Below the pieces are notes generated by a model. That model saw only the letters and a list, made by a program, of their open reading frames with translations. It made no database searches and was not told the DNA's origin. DNA of 59,395 bases from Bacillota bacterium (GTDB lineage: Bacteria; Bacillota; Dethiobacteria; DTU022): the NCBI GenBank assembly GCA_012840855.1, contig DUVX01000033.1, positions 1 through 59,395 on the forward strand, given 5' to 3'. A program made the translations under genes and the position numbers. Shown here piece by piece: positions 47,776-56,776 of this stretch (within the stretch, counting starts at the first letter, position 1; each line of letters opens with the position of its first letter).

Positions 47776-48648
47776 ATGTATCTTGATCTTCTTTTTTCTA
47801 TTAGTGTGCTGGTGCATTACTCCCTTTTGCTGCTAACGGCAAAATTTTTTCATCGCCAGAGCAGCAGCGGGCGCCTGCTGATGGGGGCCTCCCTGGGAGC
47901 CTTCGCCGTCCTGCTCCTGCCGCTGCCGCTTTCTAAAGTGGCGGCGGTGGTCCTAATCCTGGTGCTGCCCCTGCTGATGGTCCTGGTGGCCTTCTGGCCG
48001 CTGCGGCTGCGGGAGGCGATCTATTCCTGGGGCGCCTTCTTTCTCTTTTCCTTCATGCTGGCCGGCGCGCTTACGGCGCTGCTCAACCTTGAACGGTTCC
48101 GCCGCCTCTTCTCCACGGCGGCGGGGAGCCTGGTTCTCTGCGGCTCCTGCGCCGCTCTTTACCTGCTCTTTTCCCTGCTACGGCCGCTGTCGGAAGAGAA
48201 GGGGTGGCAGAGGCTCTGGAGCGTAGAACTGCAGGTGGCCTGGCGGGGAAGAGAAAAAAGGGTGCCGGCGTACCTCGATACGGGAAACCGGTTGCGCGAT
48301 CCCTTCTCCAGCCTGCCGGTGATCGTCATCGATTACCGCTGCCTTGAAGAGATGCTGCCGCCGGCGCTCTACCGGGTTCTGGCCGATGAGGGGGAGCAGT
48401 CCTGGCGCGCCCTGGAGCAGCTTCCCGATCCGGGGCTGGCGCGCTCTTTTACCCTGATCCCCTGTTATGGAGTGGGCCGTGGGGAGAAACTCCTGCTCGG
48501 CCTCAAGCCCGATGATGTCATTTTGTACGAGGGGGGACAGAGCCGTTCCCTGGGATCAAAAGTTTATCTCGGATTAACCCGGCGCGGTTTTGGACCGGCG
48601 GCTGATTACCGGGCCCTGTTGCCGCCGGATCTGCTCCATGCCGGGTAG
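47776..48648 (+). CDS. spoIIGA: Pro-sigmaE processing peptidase
   Basis: Multiple N-terminal TMs, LDTGNRLRDP aspartic motif; directly upstream of sigE. Confidence 0.9.
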   Translation: MYLDLLFSISVLVHYSLLLLTAKFFHRQSSSGRLLMGASLGAFAVLLLPLPLSKVAAVVLILVLPLLMVLVAFWPLRLREAIYSWGAFFLFSFMLAGALTALLNLERFRRLFSTAAGSLVLCGSCAALYLLFSLLRPLSEEKGWQRLWSVELQVAWRGREKRVPAYLDTGNRLRDPFSSLPVIVIDYRCLEEMLPPALYRVLADEGEQSWRALEQLPDPGLARSFTLIPCYGVGRGEKLLLGLKPDDVILYEGGQSRSLGSKVYLGLTRRGFGPAADYRALLPPDLLHAG

Positions 48649-48674
48649 CCCGGTAAGAAAAGGGGTGGTCTATT

Positions 48675-49406
48675 TTGGATAAAGGGAGATTGCTGGAGCT
48701 TAAAATCAAATTGATCCTGTTGCGATTGAGGCGTTTTTTCGGTCTGGCGTACCTCGACTATCTTTACTATGTGAGCAGCAGCGAAGCGCTGCCGCCGCCG
48801 CTGAGCCTCGAAGAAGAGGGTTACCTGCTGGAAAAGCTGAAAAAAGGGGATCGGAATGTCTGCACCGTCCTCATCGAACGAAACCTGCGGCTCGTCGTCT
48901 ATATCGCTCGGAAGTTCGAAAATACGGGTATCAGCATCGATGATCTTGTCTCTATCGGGACAATCGGCCTGATCAAGGCGGTTAACACCTTTGATCCTCA
49001 CAAGAATATCAAGCTGGCAACCTACGCCTCCAAGTGCATCGAGAATGAGATCCTTATGTTCTTGAGGCGCAATAACCGGGTGCGCAGTGAGATCTCCTTC
49101 GACGAACCTCTCAATGTGGATTGGGACGGCAACGAACTTCTTCTTTCCGATGTTCTTGGCACCGAGGGCGATCTGGTACTGAAGAATATCGAAAAAGAGG
49201 TGGAGCGCAAGCTGCTCTACCTGGCCATGGATAAGTTGAGCAGCCGGGAACGCCGGATCATGGAGCTGCGCTTCGGCCTGACGAACGGCGTGGAGAAGAC
49301 GCAGAAAGAAGTGGCCGAATTACTGGGGATCTCGCAGTCCTATATCTCCAGGCTGGAGAAGCGGATCATCAAGCGCCTGCAGCGAGAAATCCGGAAGATG
49401 GAATAG
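48675..49406 (+). CDS. sigE: Sporulation sigma factor SigE
   Basis: Pro-sequence, [41 protein letters not shown]. Confidence 0.97.
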   Translation: MDKGRLLELKIKLILLRLRRFFGLAYLDYLYYVSSSEALPPPLSLEEEGYLLEKLKKGDRNVCTVLIERNLRLVVYIARKFENTGISIDDLVSIGTIGLIKAVNTFDPHKNIKLATYASKCIENEILMFLRRNNRVRSEISFDEPLNVDWDGNELLLSDVLGTEGDLVLKNIEKEVERKLLYLAMDKLSSRERRIMELRFGLTNGVEKTQKEVAELLGISQSYISRLEKRIIKRLQREIRKME

Positions 49407-49424
49407 TCCGCAGAAGCCCCGGCA

Positions 49425-49452
49425 GTATAAAATGAGCCTCCTGGGAGATACT
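49425..49452 (+). promoter_or_regulatory. sigmaF/sigmaG promoter of sigG
   Basis: GTATA-N14-GGAGATACT, same layout as the B. subtilis spoIIIG promoter. Confidence 0.75.
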
Positions 49453-49488
49453 CTAGTTATCTCTCAACAGCTGCAAGGGGCGAAAAAC

Positions 49489-50259
49489 TTGAACAAAGTG
49501 GAGATCTGTGGCGTTAATACGTCCAAGCTTCCTGTGTTGAAAAATAAGATCATGCGGCAGCTTTTTGTGTCGATGCAGCAGGGAGACGGCGGGGCCAGGG
49601 AGAAGCTGATCAGCAGCAACCTGCGCTTGGTTCTAAGCGTGATCCAGCGATTTAACAACCGTGGTGAATATGTTGACGATCTTTTTCAGGTGGGCTGTAT
49701 CGGCCTGATCAAGGCCATCGATAATTTTGATCTGGGGCAAAACGTCAAGTTTTCAACCTATGCTGTCCCCATGATCATCGGCGAGATCCGCAGATACCTG
49801 CGGGACAACAATCCTATCCGGGTGAGCCGTTCCCTGCGCGACATCGCCTACAAAGTGCTCCAGGTAAGGGATGTGCTGGCCAACAGGCTTTCCCGGGAGC
49901 CGTCGATCCGCGAAATCGCTGCCGAGCTAAAGATCGAACCGGAAGAGATCGTCAACGCCCTCGATGCTATCCAGGAGCCGGTCTCCCTCTTTGAGCCGAT
50001 CTACCATGACGGGGGAGATCCCATCTTTGTCATGGATCAGATCTGCGATGAGAAGAACAATGATCAGCGCTGGCTGGAGATCCTGGCGATTAAGGAAGCG
50101 ATGACCAGGCTCAGCGAGCGCGAGAAGATGATCCTGACGATGCGTTTCTACCGGGGCAAGACCCAGATGGAGGTGGCCGACGAGATCGGCATCTCCCAAG
50201 CCCAGGTCTCTCGTCTGGAGAAGGCCGCCCTGGGCCATCTGCGGAAGCATGTTCAGTAA
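49489..50259 (+). CDS. sigG: Sporulation sigma factor SigG
   Basis: NKVEICGVNTSKLP, DDLFQVGCIG, TQMEVADEIGISQAQVSR. Confidence 0.97.
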   Translation: MNKVEICGVNTSKLPVLKNKIMRQLFVSMQQGDGGAREKLISSNLRLVLSVIQRFNNRGEYVDDLFQVGCIGLIKAIDNFDLGQNVKFSTYAVPMIIGEIRRYLRDNNPIRVSRSLRDIAYKVLQVRDVLANRLSREPSIREIAAELKIEPEEIVNALDAIQEPVSLFEPIYHDGGDPIFVMDQICDEKNNDQRWLEILAIKEAMTRLSEREKMILTMRFYRGKTQMEVADEIGISQAQVSRLEKAALGHLRKHVQ

Positions 50260-50334
50260 GCAAGACTATTCGAATTGCCTCCCCGCCGCCATCAGTCTAT
50301 AATATAGAGAAAGATCTACCGGAGGGGAGATCCA

Positions 50335-50577
50335 TTGATCAGAATAAGCGAGTTGCGGGAACGCGAAGTAGTCAATGTTAATGACGGCCGCAGGCTGGGG
50401 GCGATCCGCGATCTGGAGCTCGATCTGGAGAAGGGGACAGTGAAGGCGATTATTGTGCCCGCCGCCGGCCGGATCTGGGGCAAACTTTCCCGCACCCAGA
50501 GCTATCTGATCCCCTGGGAAAAGATCGTCAAGATCGGCGTTGATACCATTCTCGTCGATCATCCTGTGGGCGACTAG
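50335..50577 (+). CDS. ylmC: YlmC/YmxH PRC-barrel sporulation protein
   Basis: RISELR.REVVN..DGRRLG, IPWEKIVKIG.D.ILV. Confidence 0.92.
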   Translation: MIRISELREREVVNVNDGRRLGAIRDLELDLEKGTVKAIIVPAAGRIWGKLSRTQSYLIPWEKIVKIGVDTILVDHPVGD

Positions 50578-50657
50578 GGGTTCACATTATCTGCGCAGAT
50601 ATGGGGGTTAAAGAGGCGGTGGATCCGCCTTTGGCTGGATTCGGGGGGGGAAGAGCG

Positions 50658-52580
50658 ATGGGCGAAACACCTGCTTCACAGAATGAGCCGCTACAGGAGG
50701 AAGTTCCCTTCAGGGAAATCCGGAAGCGGGACGGCCGGGTAGTTGTATTTGAGCCCGCTAAGATCACCGATGCTATCTTCAAGGCGGTTCAGGCCGTGGG
50801 GGGGAGCAACCGGGAGATCGCTGAGAACCTGACCTGGCAGGTGGTTCGCTACCTAAAAAAGGCGGGCTACGGGGGGATCGTCCCGGCGGTGGAAGAGGTC
50901 CAGGATTCGGTGGAGAAGGTGCTGATTGAAAATGGACATGCCCGCACAGCGAAGGCCTACATCCTCTACCGTGATCGGCGGACTAGGATCCGCGAAGCGA
51001 AGACGGAGCTCATGGATGTAGTTAAGGAGATTTTGGTAGAAACCAGCCGCGAAAGCGCTGCTATCAGCAGCTCGCCCTCGGCAAAGATGCTACAGATCGC
51101 CATGGCAGCGAGCAAAAAATATTACCTGAGCAACCTTCTCCCGGGCGATTTTGCTTCTGCACACCGGGAAGGCTCTCTACATATCCATGCCCTGGGCTAT
51201 TACAGCAAGACGATCAATTCCTTGCAGATCGATCTGGCGCAGCTGCTGAAGGAAGGTTTTAATGCGGGCTGCGGCTATATCCGTCCACCGAAAGGGATCG
51301 TTGCTGCGGCGGCGCAGGCGGCGATAGCTTTGCAGAGCAGTCAAAATGATATGTTTGGGGAGCAAAGCTTTCCTCATTTTGATCGTCATATGGGCGGGGT
51401 GATCCGCTCCCTGCAAGAAAAGCCCGGGGAGGAAGAGATCTACCAAGCCATGGAAGGGCTCGTCTGCAATCTCAATTCGATGTATACCCGGGCGGGGGCC
51501 CAGCCGCCCCGCTCCACCATAAACCTGGGGACCGATACCACCGCCGAAGGGCGCGCCGTTACCGGGGCGATCCTCGAGACTTTCCACCGCGGCCTGGGGC
51601 ATGGCGAAGACCCCCTTTTCCCCCACCTGGTCTTCAGGGTCAGGAAGGGGATCAATTTTGGACCGGCTGATCCAAACTTCGACATCTACCGGTTGGCTTT
51701 GACCGTGGCATCGCGGCGAAGAAATATCGCCTTCAGCTTCATGGACAGTACCTTTAACCGGGATTTTGGCGGCGAGGTTGCCTATACGGGCTCCGGGAGC
51801 CGGGTCATCGGTAACCGCCACGGACCGGAGAGCCCGGCGGGCCGGGGCAATATCGCTTTCACCACCCTTAACCTGCCCCGGGTGGCTTTCGAGAGCGGCG
51901 GCGGGGTAGAGCTTTTTTTCGTCGAGCTGGACCGGATGCTGCGCCTGGCAGCCCGTCAGCTGATCCACCGCTACGGTGTCGTCTCGCGGCTGCGGATCAA
52001 AGAGCTGCCCTTCCTGATGGGCGGGGGGCTCTACTGCGGCTCGGACAGGCTGGCTCCCGAGGATCAGATCGGCGGGGCGATCAAGCACGGCACCCTGGCG
52101 ATCGGCTTTATCGGCCTGGCAGAAACGCTTCAGCTGCTCACCGGAAAGCACCACGGCGAGGACGGGGAGGCGCTGCAGCTGGGGCTGCAGATCGTCGATC
52201 ATATGCGCCGGCGGTGCAACCAGTTCAGCGATGAATATGATCTCAATTTCGCCCTGCTGGCGACGGAGGCGGGGGGCGTGGGTGTCCGCTTTGCCCGGAT
52301 CGACCGGGAGCGCTTCGCAGCGGCCCCGGGGGTGGCGGACAAAGAGAGCTATACCGCTTCATTCCATCTGCCGGCGGGCAGCTCTGTTGAGACAGCAGAA
52401 AAAGTCAAAATTGAAGGTCAATTTCATCGCTACTGCAACGCCGGCCACTGCAGTCATGTGAAGCTGGGGGAGCGTCGTTTGCAAAGTGTCGAGGCGATGG
52501 ATGGAATCGTTCGCCTCATGGATGCCGCCGATCTCGGCCTGGGCAGGATCAGTTGCTATTCTGGCGGTTTGCAGAGCTAA
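50658..52580 (+). CDS. ATP-cone protein with class III ribonucleotide reductase (NrdD)-like core, apparently catalytically inactive
   Basis: ATP cone IRKRDGR...VEEVQDSVEKVL...TAKAYILYR; NrdD core motifs (GRGNIAFTTLNLPR, IGFIGLAE); both catalytic Cys positions read Ser and the glycyl-radical C-terminus is absent. Confidence 0.85.
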   Translation: MGETPASQNEPLQEEVPFREIRKRDGRVVVFEPAKITDAIFKAVQAVGGSNREIAENLTWQVVRYLKKAGYGGIVPAVEEVQDSVEKVLIENGHARTAKAYILYRDRRTRIREAKTELMDVVKEILVETSRESAAISSSPSAKMLQIAMAASKKYYLSNLLPGDFASAHREGSLHIHALGYYSKTINSLQIDLAQLLKEGFNAGCGYIRPPKGIVAAAAQAAIALQSSQNDMFGEQSFPHFDRHMGGVIRSLQEKPGEEEIYQAMEGLVCNLNSMYTRAGAQPPRSTINLGTDTTAEGRAVTGAILETFHRGLGHGEDPLFPHLVFRVRKGINFGPADPNFDIYRLALTVASRRRNIAFSFMDSTFNRDFGGEVAYTGSGSRVIGNRHGPESPAGRGNIAFTTLNLPRVAFESGGGVELFFVELDRMLRLAARQLIHRYGVVSRLRIKELPFLMGGGLYCGSDRLAPEDQIGGAIKHGTLAIGFIGLAETLQLLTGKHHGEDGEALQLGLQIVDHMRRRCNQFSDEYDLNFALLATEAGGVGVRFARIDRERFAAAPGVADKESYTASFHLPAGSSVETAEKVKIEGQFHRYCNAGHCSHVKLGERRLQSVEAMDGIVRLMDAADLGLGRISCYSGGLQS

Positions 52581-52593
52581 AGGGGAACTAATT

Positions 52594-53463
52594 TTGGTGG
52601 ATACAGGGTCTGAAAAAGGCTTTCAGCTGCGCCGGCAGGGGGATCTTCTCTACATGCAGGCGCCGTTGCTGGCGGGTTGCGATGGCGTAATTCACGCTTT
52701 TTCGACACGCCGAGGCGGCTGCAGCAAAGGGGATATGGCCGCGCTGAATACTGCCTTTCATACCGATGATGATACCGGGAATGTCTTTGAAAACCGGCGC
52801 CGTTTTTTGGAGCCGCTCGGTTTTCATCCCAACGAAGTTATTGCGGCGATCCAGGTGCATGGGAGCAGGGTCCGCCGCGTGGAGGCGGTAGATCGCGGGC
52901 GCGGCGCCGCCCCGGGTAATTTTTTGGGTGAGGGCGACGCCCTGATTACGGATCTGCCGGGCCTGCCCCTGACGGGCTACGCCGCCGACTGCCTGCTGCT
53001 CTTTATTGTCGATCCTGGAGTGCCGGCGGTAGCGCTGGCCCACGCCGGGCGGCAGGGCACGCTGGAGAATATGGCTGGAGCGGTGGTGGCGGCGCTGAAT
53101 TCACACTTTAATGCCGACCCCGCGCGGATGCTGGTGGTGCTCAGCCCCGGCATCTGTGGCCGCTGCTATACCGTGGAGCGTGATCTGGCTGGGGATTTCA
53201 GGGAGGACGGCTGGTGTAAAAAGCCCTATCTGTGGGAGGGCACGCCAGGGGAATTTCACCTCGATCTGGCGGCGATAAACCGGCGGCAGCTGCTTCGGGC
53301 TGGGATCAGGCCCGGCAATCTGGCCGGATGCCGCTGGTGCAGCTCTTGCAGCCCCGCCCTGTTTTATTCTTACCGGCGCGACCGGGGGAAAACGGGCCGG
53401 ATGATGGGTCTCATCGCCTTGCAAGGCGGCGGGGACGGAGCGGCGGGGGGCGGTGGGGCTTGA
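52594..53463 (+). CDS. pgeF: Peptidoglycan editing factor / YfiH-family protein
   Basis: HAFSTRRGG, QVHG, ADCL, AHAG, YSYRR. Confidence 0.9.
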   Translation: MVDTGSEKGFQLRRQGDLLYMQAPLLAGCDGVIHAFSTRRGGCSKGDMAALNTAFHTDDDTGNVFENRRRFLEPLGFHPNEVIAAIQVHGSRVRRVEAVDRGRGAAPGNFLGEGDALITDLPGLPLTGYAADCLLLFIVDPGVPAVALAHAGRQGTLENMAGAVVAALNSHFNADPARMLVVLSPGICGRCYTVERDLAGDFREDGWCKKPYLWEGTPGEFHLDLAAINRRQLLRAGIRPGNLAGCRWCSSCSPALFYSYRRDRGKTGRMMGLIALQGGGDGAAGGGGA

Positions 53464-54602
53464 ACGGGCGGCGGGTAAGGAGGGCTGCTGCCCGGGAGCG
53501 GCTGCGCGTGCTGCCGGGAAAGGGGCGCCGTTTTGCCCATCTCCGGCAGGCTGCTATATTCTATATAATTCTGGGATTGTTGGGTCTGCTGATCCTGCAG
53601 GCTGCCTACCACTGGATCGGGCCCCATTTTTTAGCTCGGCGGCTGCAGATAGTGACGGCGGTGGCGGGAGCGCTGGAGAAAAAATTGACGGTGGAGGGCC
53701 TGCACACCAGGGAGGAGCAGCTTCTTACGGCGCCTTGCTCCGGAGTGATCATCGAGCTGGCCCCTCCGGGGGAGAGGGCGCCCGCCGGGAGCGCAGCGGC
53801 GGTGATCGCCCCCCTTTCCGCAGAGGAGAAGCGGCAGCTGGAGGAGCAGGCAAGCTCTACGGAAAGCCCCTGGGAAAGATTAAAGGGTTTTATCTCCGAA
53901 CTTATCGGCGGAACCGGTGAAAAAAAGGGAGAGGCTCCTTTCCTGATTACAGGCACCATGCCGCCATGGACGGCTGAAAGCGTTACGCTGCCTCTTCCGA
54001 GGGCGGGCCTGCTGCTGCACCGCCTGGATGGTTGGGAGGAGAGCAGTGAAAGCCCCTACTTTTCGGCGGAACAATACGCCGAAATTTCCAAAGAAACATT
54101 TGTAGCGCAAGAAGGACTCTGGGTAGAGCAGGGGCAGCCCTTAGTGAAGCTTATCGACAACTGGCAGTGGTATTATAACCTGCTGTTACCGCTTGATCCG
54201 GGGCGGACTCTGGCAGCGCGGGAAAGCGTCCTGTGCAAATTTGACTTTGCCCCGGATGAACCCGTAAAGGCCCTCCTCATGGAGGCGGAGATCGATGCGG
54301 AGGCGGAAGAAGTTCGGCTGACCTATTGCATCAGGGAGCAATTTCCCGGTTTTGAAGGGCTGCGCTGGTCCAGGGCGGAGCTCCTGCTGGAACGCAGTGA
54401 GGGGATCATCATTCCCGCCGCCGCCCTGGTGGAGCGCGAGGGGGAGAGGGGCGTCTATCTTAACCGGGCCGGAGCGGTCAAATTTCAACCCGTGACGGTG
54501 CTGGCTGAGGAGGGTGAGCAGCTGGCAGTGGAAGGGCTCGAGCCCGACAGCATGGTGATCACCCATCACGCTCTAGTGCGGGAGGGGCAGCGCCTCGATT
54601 GA
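53460..54602 (+). CDS. Putative membrane-fusion (HlyD-like periplasmic adaptor) protein
   Basis: N-terminal TM, barrel-sandwich APCSG, GIIIP.AALV...GVY; usual position before yggS. Confidence 0.7.
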   Translation: MNGRRVRRAAARERLRVLPGKGRRFAHLRQAAIFYIILGLLGLLILQAAYHWIGPHFLARRLQIVTAVAGALEKKLTVEGLHTREEQLLTAPCSGVIIELAPPGERAPAGSAAAVIAPLSAEEKRQLEEQASSTESPWERLKGFISELIGGTGEKKGEAPFLITGTMPPWTAESVTLPLPRAGLLLHRLDGWEESSESPYFSAEQYAEISKETFVAQEGLWVEQGQPLVKLIDNWQWYYNLLLPLDPGRTLAARESVLCKFDFAPDEPVKALLMEAEIDAEAEEVRLTYCIREQFPGFEGLRWSRAELLLERSEGIIIPAAALVEREGERGVYLNRAGAVKFQPVTVLAEEGEQLAVEGLEPDSMVITHHALVREGQRLD

Positions 54603-54676
54603 CCCGCCGGGATGCGGCCGTTAATATAACAGACGAAGCAGCTTTTTGGCTGCTGCATGGAAGTGAGTGAGGCGAG

Positions 54677-55363
54677 ATGCTGGCAGATAACCTTGGAAAA
54701 ATTCACAGAGAGATCGATGCAGCGCTTGAACGGTCGGGACGCCGGGGGGAGAAAGTGCGCCTGGTTGCGGTAACCAAGACCGTGGGCCCCGAGCAGGTAA
54801 GTGCGGCGGCGGCACTGGGGTTGCGCGACTTCGGCGAAAACCGCTTTCAAGAAGCTCGGCAGAAACTGCAGCTTTTTCCCGGGCTGCGGTGGCACTTTAT
54901 CGGCCATCTGCAGACCAACAAAGCGGGGGAGGTGCTGGCGGGATTCACGCTAATCCATTCCTTGGACCGGATCAGGCTGGCCCGCAGGCTGCAGTCCCGG
55001 GCGGAGCGCTCGGGGAGGGAGGCCCGCTGCCTGGTGCAGGTGAATATCTCCGGCGAAAAGAGCAAGTTCGGCCTGTCGGAGAAAGAGCTTCCCGATTTTC
55101 TGGAGGCGATGCGCGATTTTCCCCGGGTTCGGGTGGAGGGCCTGATGACGATGGCTCCCCGGGTGGAAGATCCGGAAGAGGTGAGGCCGCTGTTCCGCCG
55201 TCTGCGGGAGCTGCGGCGGAGCTGTGCTCGGCCGGGGCTGGAGTTGCGAGAGCTCTCCATGGGGATGACCAGCGACTATGTCGTCGCTGTGGAGGAGGGG
55301 GCCACCATCGTGCGCATCGGCACCGCCCTCTTCGGTGCACGTACGATGCAGTCAGAGCGGTAA
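54677..55363 (+). CDS. yggS: PLP homeostasis protein YggS/YlmE
   Basis: LVAVTK, FGEN, WHFIGHLQTNK, LSMGMT.DY..A.EEG.T.VRIGT. Confidence 0.95.
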   Translation: MLADNLGKIHREIDAALERSGRRGEKVRLVAVTKTVGPEQVSAAAALGLRDFGENRFQEARQKLQLFPGLRWHFIGHLQTNKAGEVLAGFTLIHSLDRIRLARRLQSRAERSGREARCLVQVNISGEKSKFGLSEKELPDFLEAMRDFPRVRVEGLMTMAPRVEDPEEVRPLFRRLRELRRSCARPGLELRELSMGMTSDYVVAVEEGATIVRIGTALFGARTMQSER

Positions 55364-55422
55364 AGAGGGTGCAGGGGCCGAAGGGCCCCTGCTGCCGATC
55401 TTTGTAAAAGCGAGGTGAGGGT

Positions 55423-55758
55423 ATGGCAGAGTATGGTGAGGGGGGCGGCCGGCCAAATCCGGCTCCCGGGGATGCCGTCCCGGGAGCGGGTACCAAAAAA
55501 GAGATCGCCGGTACGGTGGCAGCGCTGCGGTTAGATGCGGTGATGGCACTCGGGTTCAACCTCTCCCGTTCCCGGGCGGTGCTCCTGATCAAGGGGGGGC
55601 TCGCGGAGGTGAACGGACACCGGGTGGAAACACCAGGCTACCGGCTGAAGCAGGGTGATCTCGTCTCTTTACAGAGACGGGGGAGCCTGGAGCTCGCCGC
55701 CCTGGAGGGGAAAAGTCGTAAAGGAAGGTGCCGGGTAAAACTTTATAAATTTACCTGA
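55423..55758 (+). CDS. S4 RNA-binding domain protein (C-terminal part of YlmH only)
   Basis: TVAALRLDAV...SRS...VNG...GDLVS..RRG...SRKGR; SD GAGGTGA. Confidence 0.75.
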   Translation: MAEYGEGGGRPNPAPGDAVPGAGTKKEIAGTVAALRLDAVMALGFNLSRSRAVLLIKGGLAEVNGHRVETPGYRLKQGDLVSLQRRGSLELAALEGKSRKGRCRVKLYKFT

Positions 55759-55762
55759 TGCG

Positions 55763-55790
55763 GCAGGATTGGCCAGAAGATTGTCGAAAT
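55763..55790 (+). promoter_or_regulatory. sigmaH-like promoter with overlapping Spo0A box upstream of divIVA
   Basis: GCAGGATT at 55763; perfect TGTCGAA at 55782-55788. Confidence 0.5.
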
Positions 55791-55835
55791 AAAGTTATAG
55801 AAAGATTTTACCGATCAGGACAGGGAGGAAGAAAG

Positions 55836-56456
55836 ATGACATTAACTTCAATGGATATACATAACAAAGAATTCACACACTCCTTTCGGGGTTATTCCGT
55901 CGAGGAGGTCAACGATTTCCTTGATCGTGTTGCCAAAGATTTTGAGCAAATCCTGCGGGACAACCTTGAGCTTAAAGATCAGATCAACCAACTCAACGAG
56001 AAGATGAAGGGCTACCAGAAGCTTGAAGCGACGATGCATAACGCCATCGTTATCGCCCAGGAAGCGGCCGAAGAGGTGAAGCAGAATGCCAAGAGAGAAG
56101 CAGACCTGATCCGGCGCGAGGCCGATCGCGAAGCCCAGAAAATAATTGAGGATTCGCGGTACCGCTCCAGCAGGATTCTCACGGAGCATGATGAGCTTTT
56201 CAAACAGGCCCATGTGTTTAAGATGCGTTTTCGCTCCTTTCTCGAAGCGCAGATAGCAGCGCTAGAGATGGAAGATTGGATGGAGCCTTCGGCGCAGCAG
56301 ACCTACCGGCCTGCGCCTTCGAGGCAGGCTCCGCCGGCCCAGCCGCCGCTCCGTCAATCAACACCGTACCAGCAGGCGCCGCCTCAAACGGCTTCCGCCC
56401 AGCCGCAGCAGTCGCCGCCGCCGCTGCCCGGTGAGCATCATGAGTATAAGGATTGA
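55836..56456 (+). CDS. divIVA: Cell division initiation protein DivIVA
   Basis: LT.MDIHNKEF..SFRGY..EEVNDFLD, coiled coil, P/Q-rich tail; SD GGGAGG. Confidence 0.93.
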   Translation: MTLTSMDIHNKEFTHSFRGYSVEEVNDFLDRVAKDFEQILRDNLELKDQINQLNEKMKGYQKLEATMHNAIVIAQEAAEEVKQNAKREADLIRREADREAQKIIEDSRYRSSRILTEHDELFKQAHVFKMRFRSFLEAQIAALEMEDWMEPSAQQTYRPAPSRQAPPAQPPLRQSTPYQQAPPQTASAQPQQSPPPLPGEHHEYKD

Positions 56457-56481
56457 TTATCGGGGGCAATCTTGTTATAAT
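56453..56481 (+). promoter_or_regulatory. sigmaA promoter of ileS leader
   Basis: TTGATT-N17-TATAAT with extended TG. Confidence 0.8.
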
Positions 56482-56499
56482 CTAATAAAATAAGCTTCA

Positions 56500-56756
56500 A
56501 CGGCGATGAACGGGCCAGTAAGCAGCGGGTAGTCTCTTCAGAGAGCCGGCGACGGTGTAAAACCGGTGGGGCATCGCTGCCGAATATCCCCCGGGAGCCC
56601 CTGTGCCAAATCCAAAAAGGGAGAGTAGACACAGGCGGTGCCCCCGTTAAAGGCCCAGCAATGAGTGGCCGCCGACCTGTATCCTGGGGCGGCTAGCAGG
56701 GTGGTACCGCGGGAGAAGATCTCGTCCCTAGTAGAAGTGGGGCGGGATTTTTTATT
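56500..56756 (+). ncRNA. T-box riboswitch (Ile, ATC specifier)
   Basis: GCGATGAA start, AGAGA/GGTGTAA stem I, GAAT-ATC specifier, T-box AGCAGGGTGGTACCGCG, terminator ATCTCGTCCC...GGGGCGGGAT-TTTTT. Confidence 0.92.
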
Positions 56757-56776
56757 TGAACAGGAGGCGTCAGGAG

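Noticed and set aside
50578-50657. NrdR boxes upstream of the nrdD-like gene
   Set aside because: Only weak partial matches to the consensus
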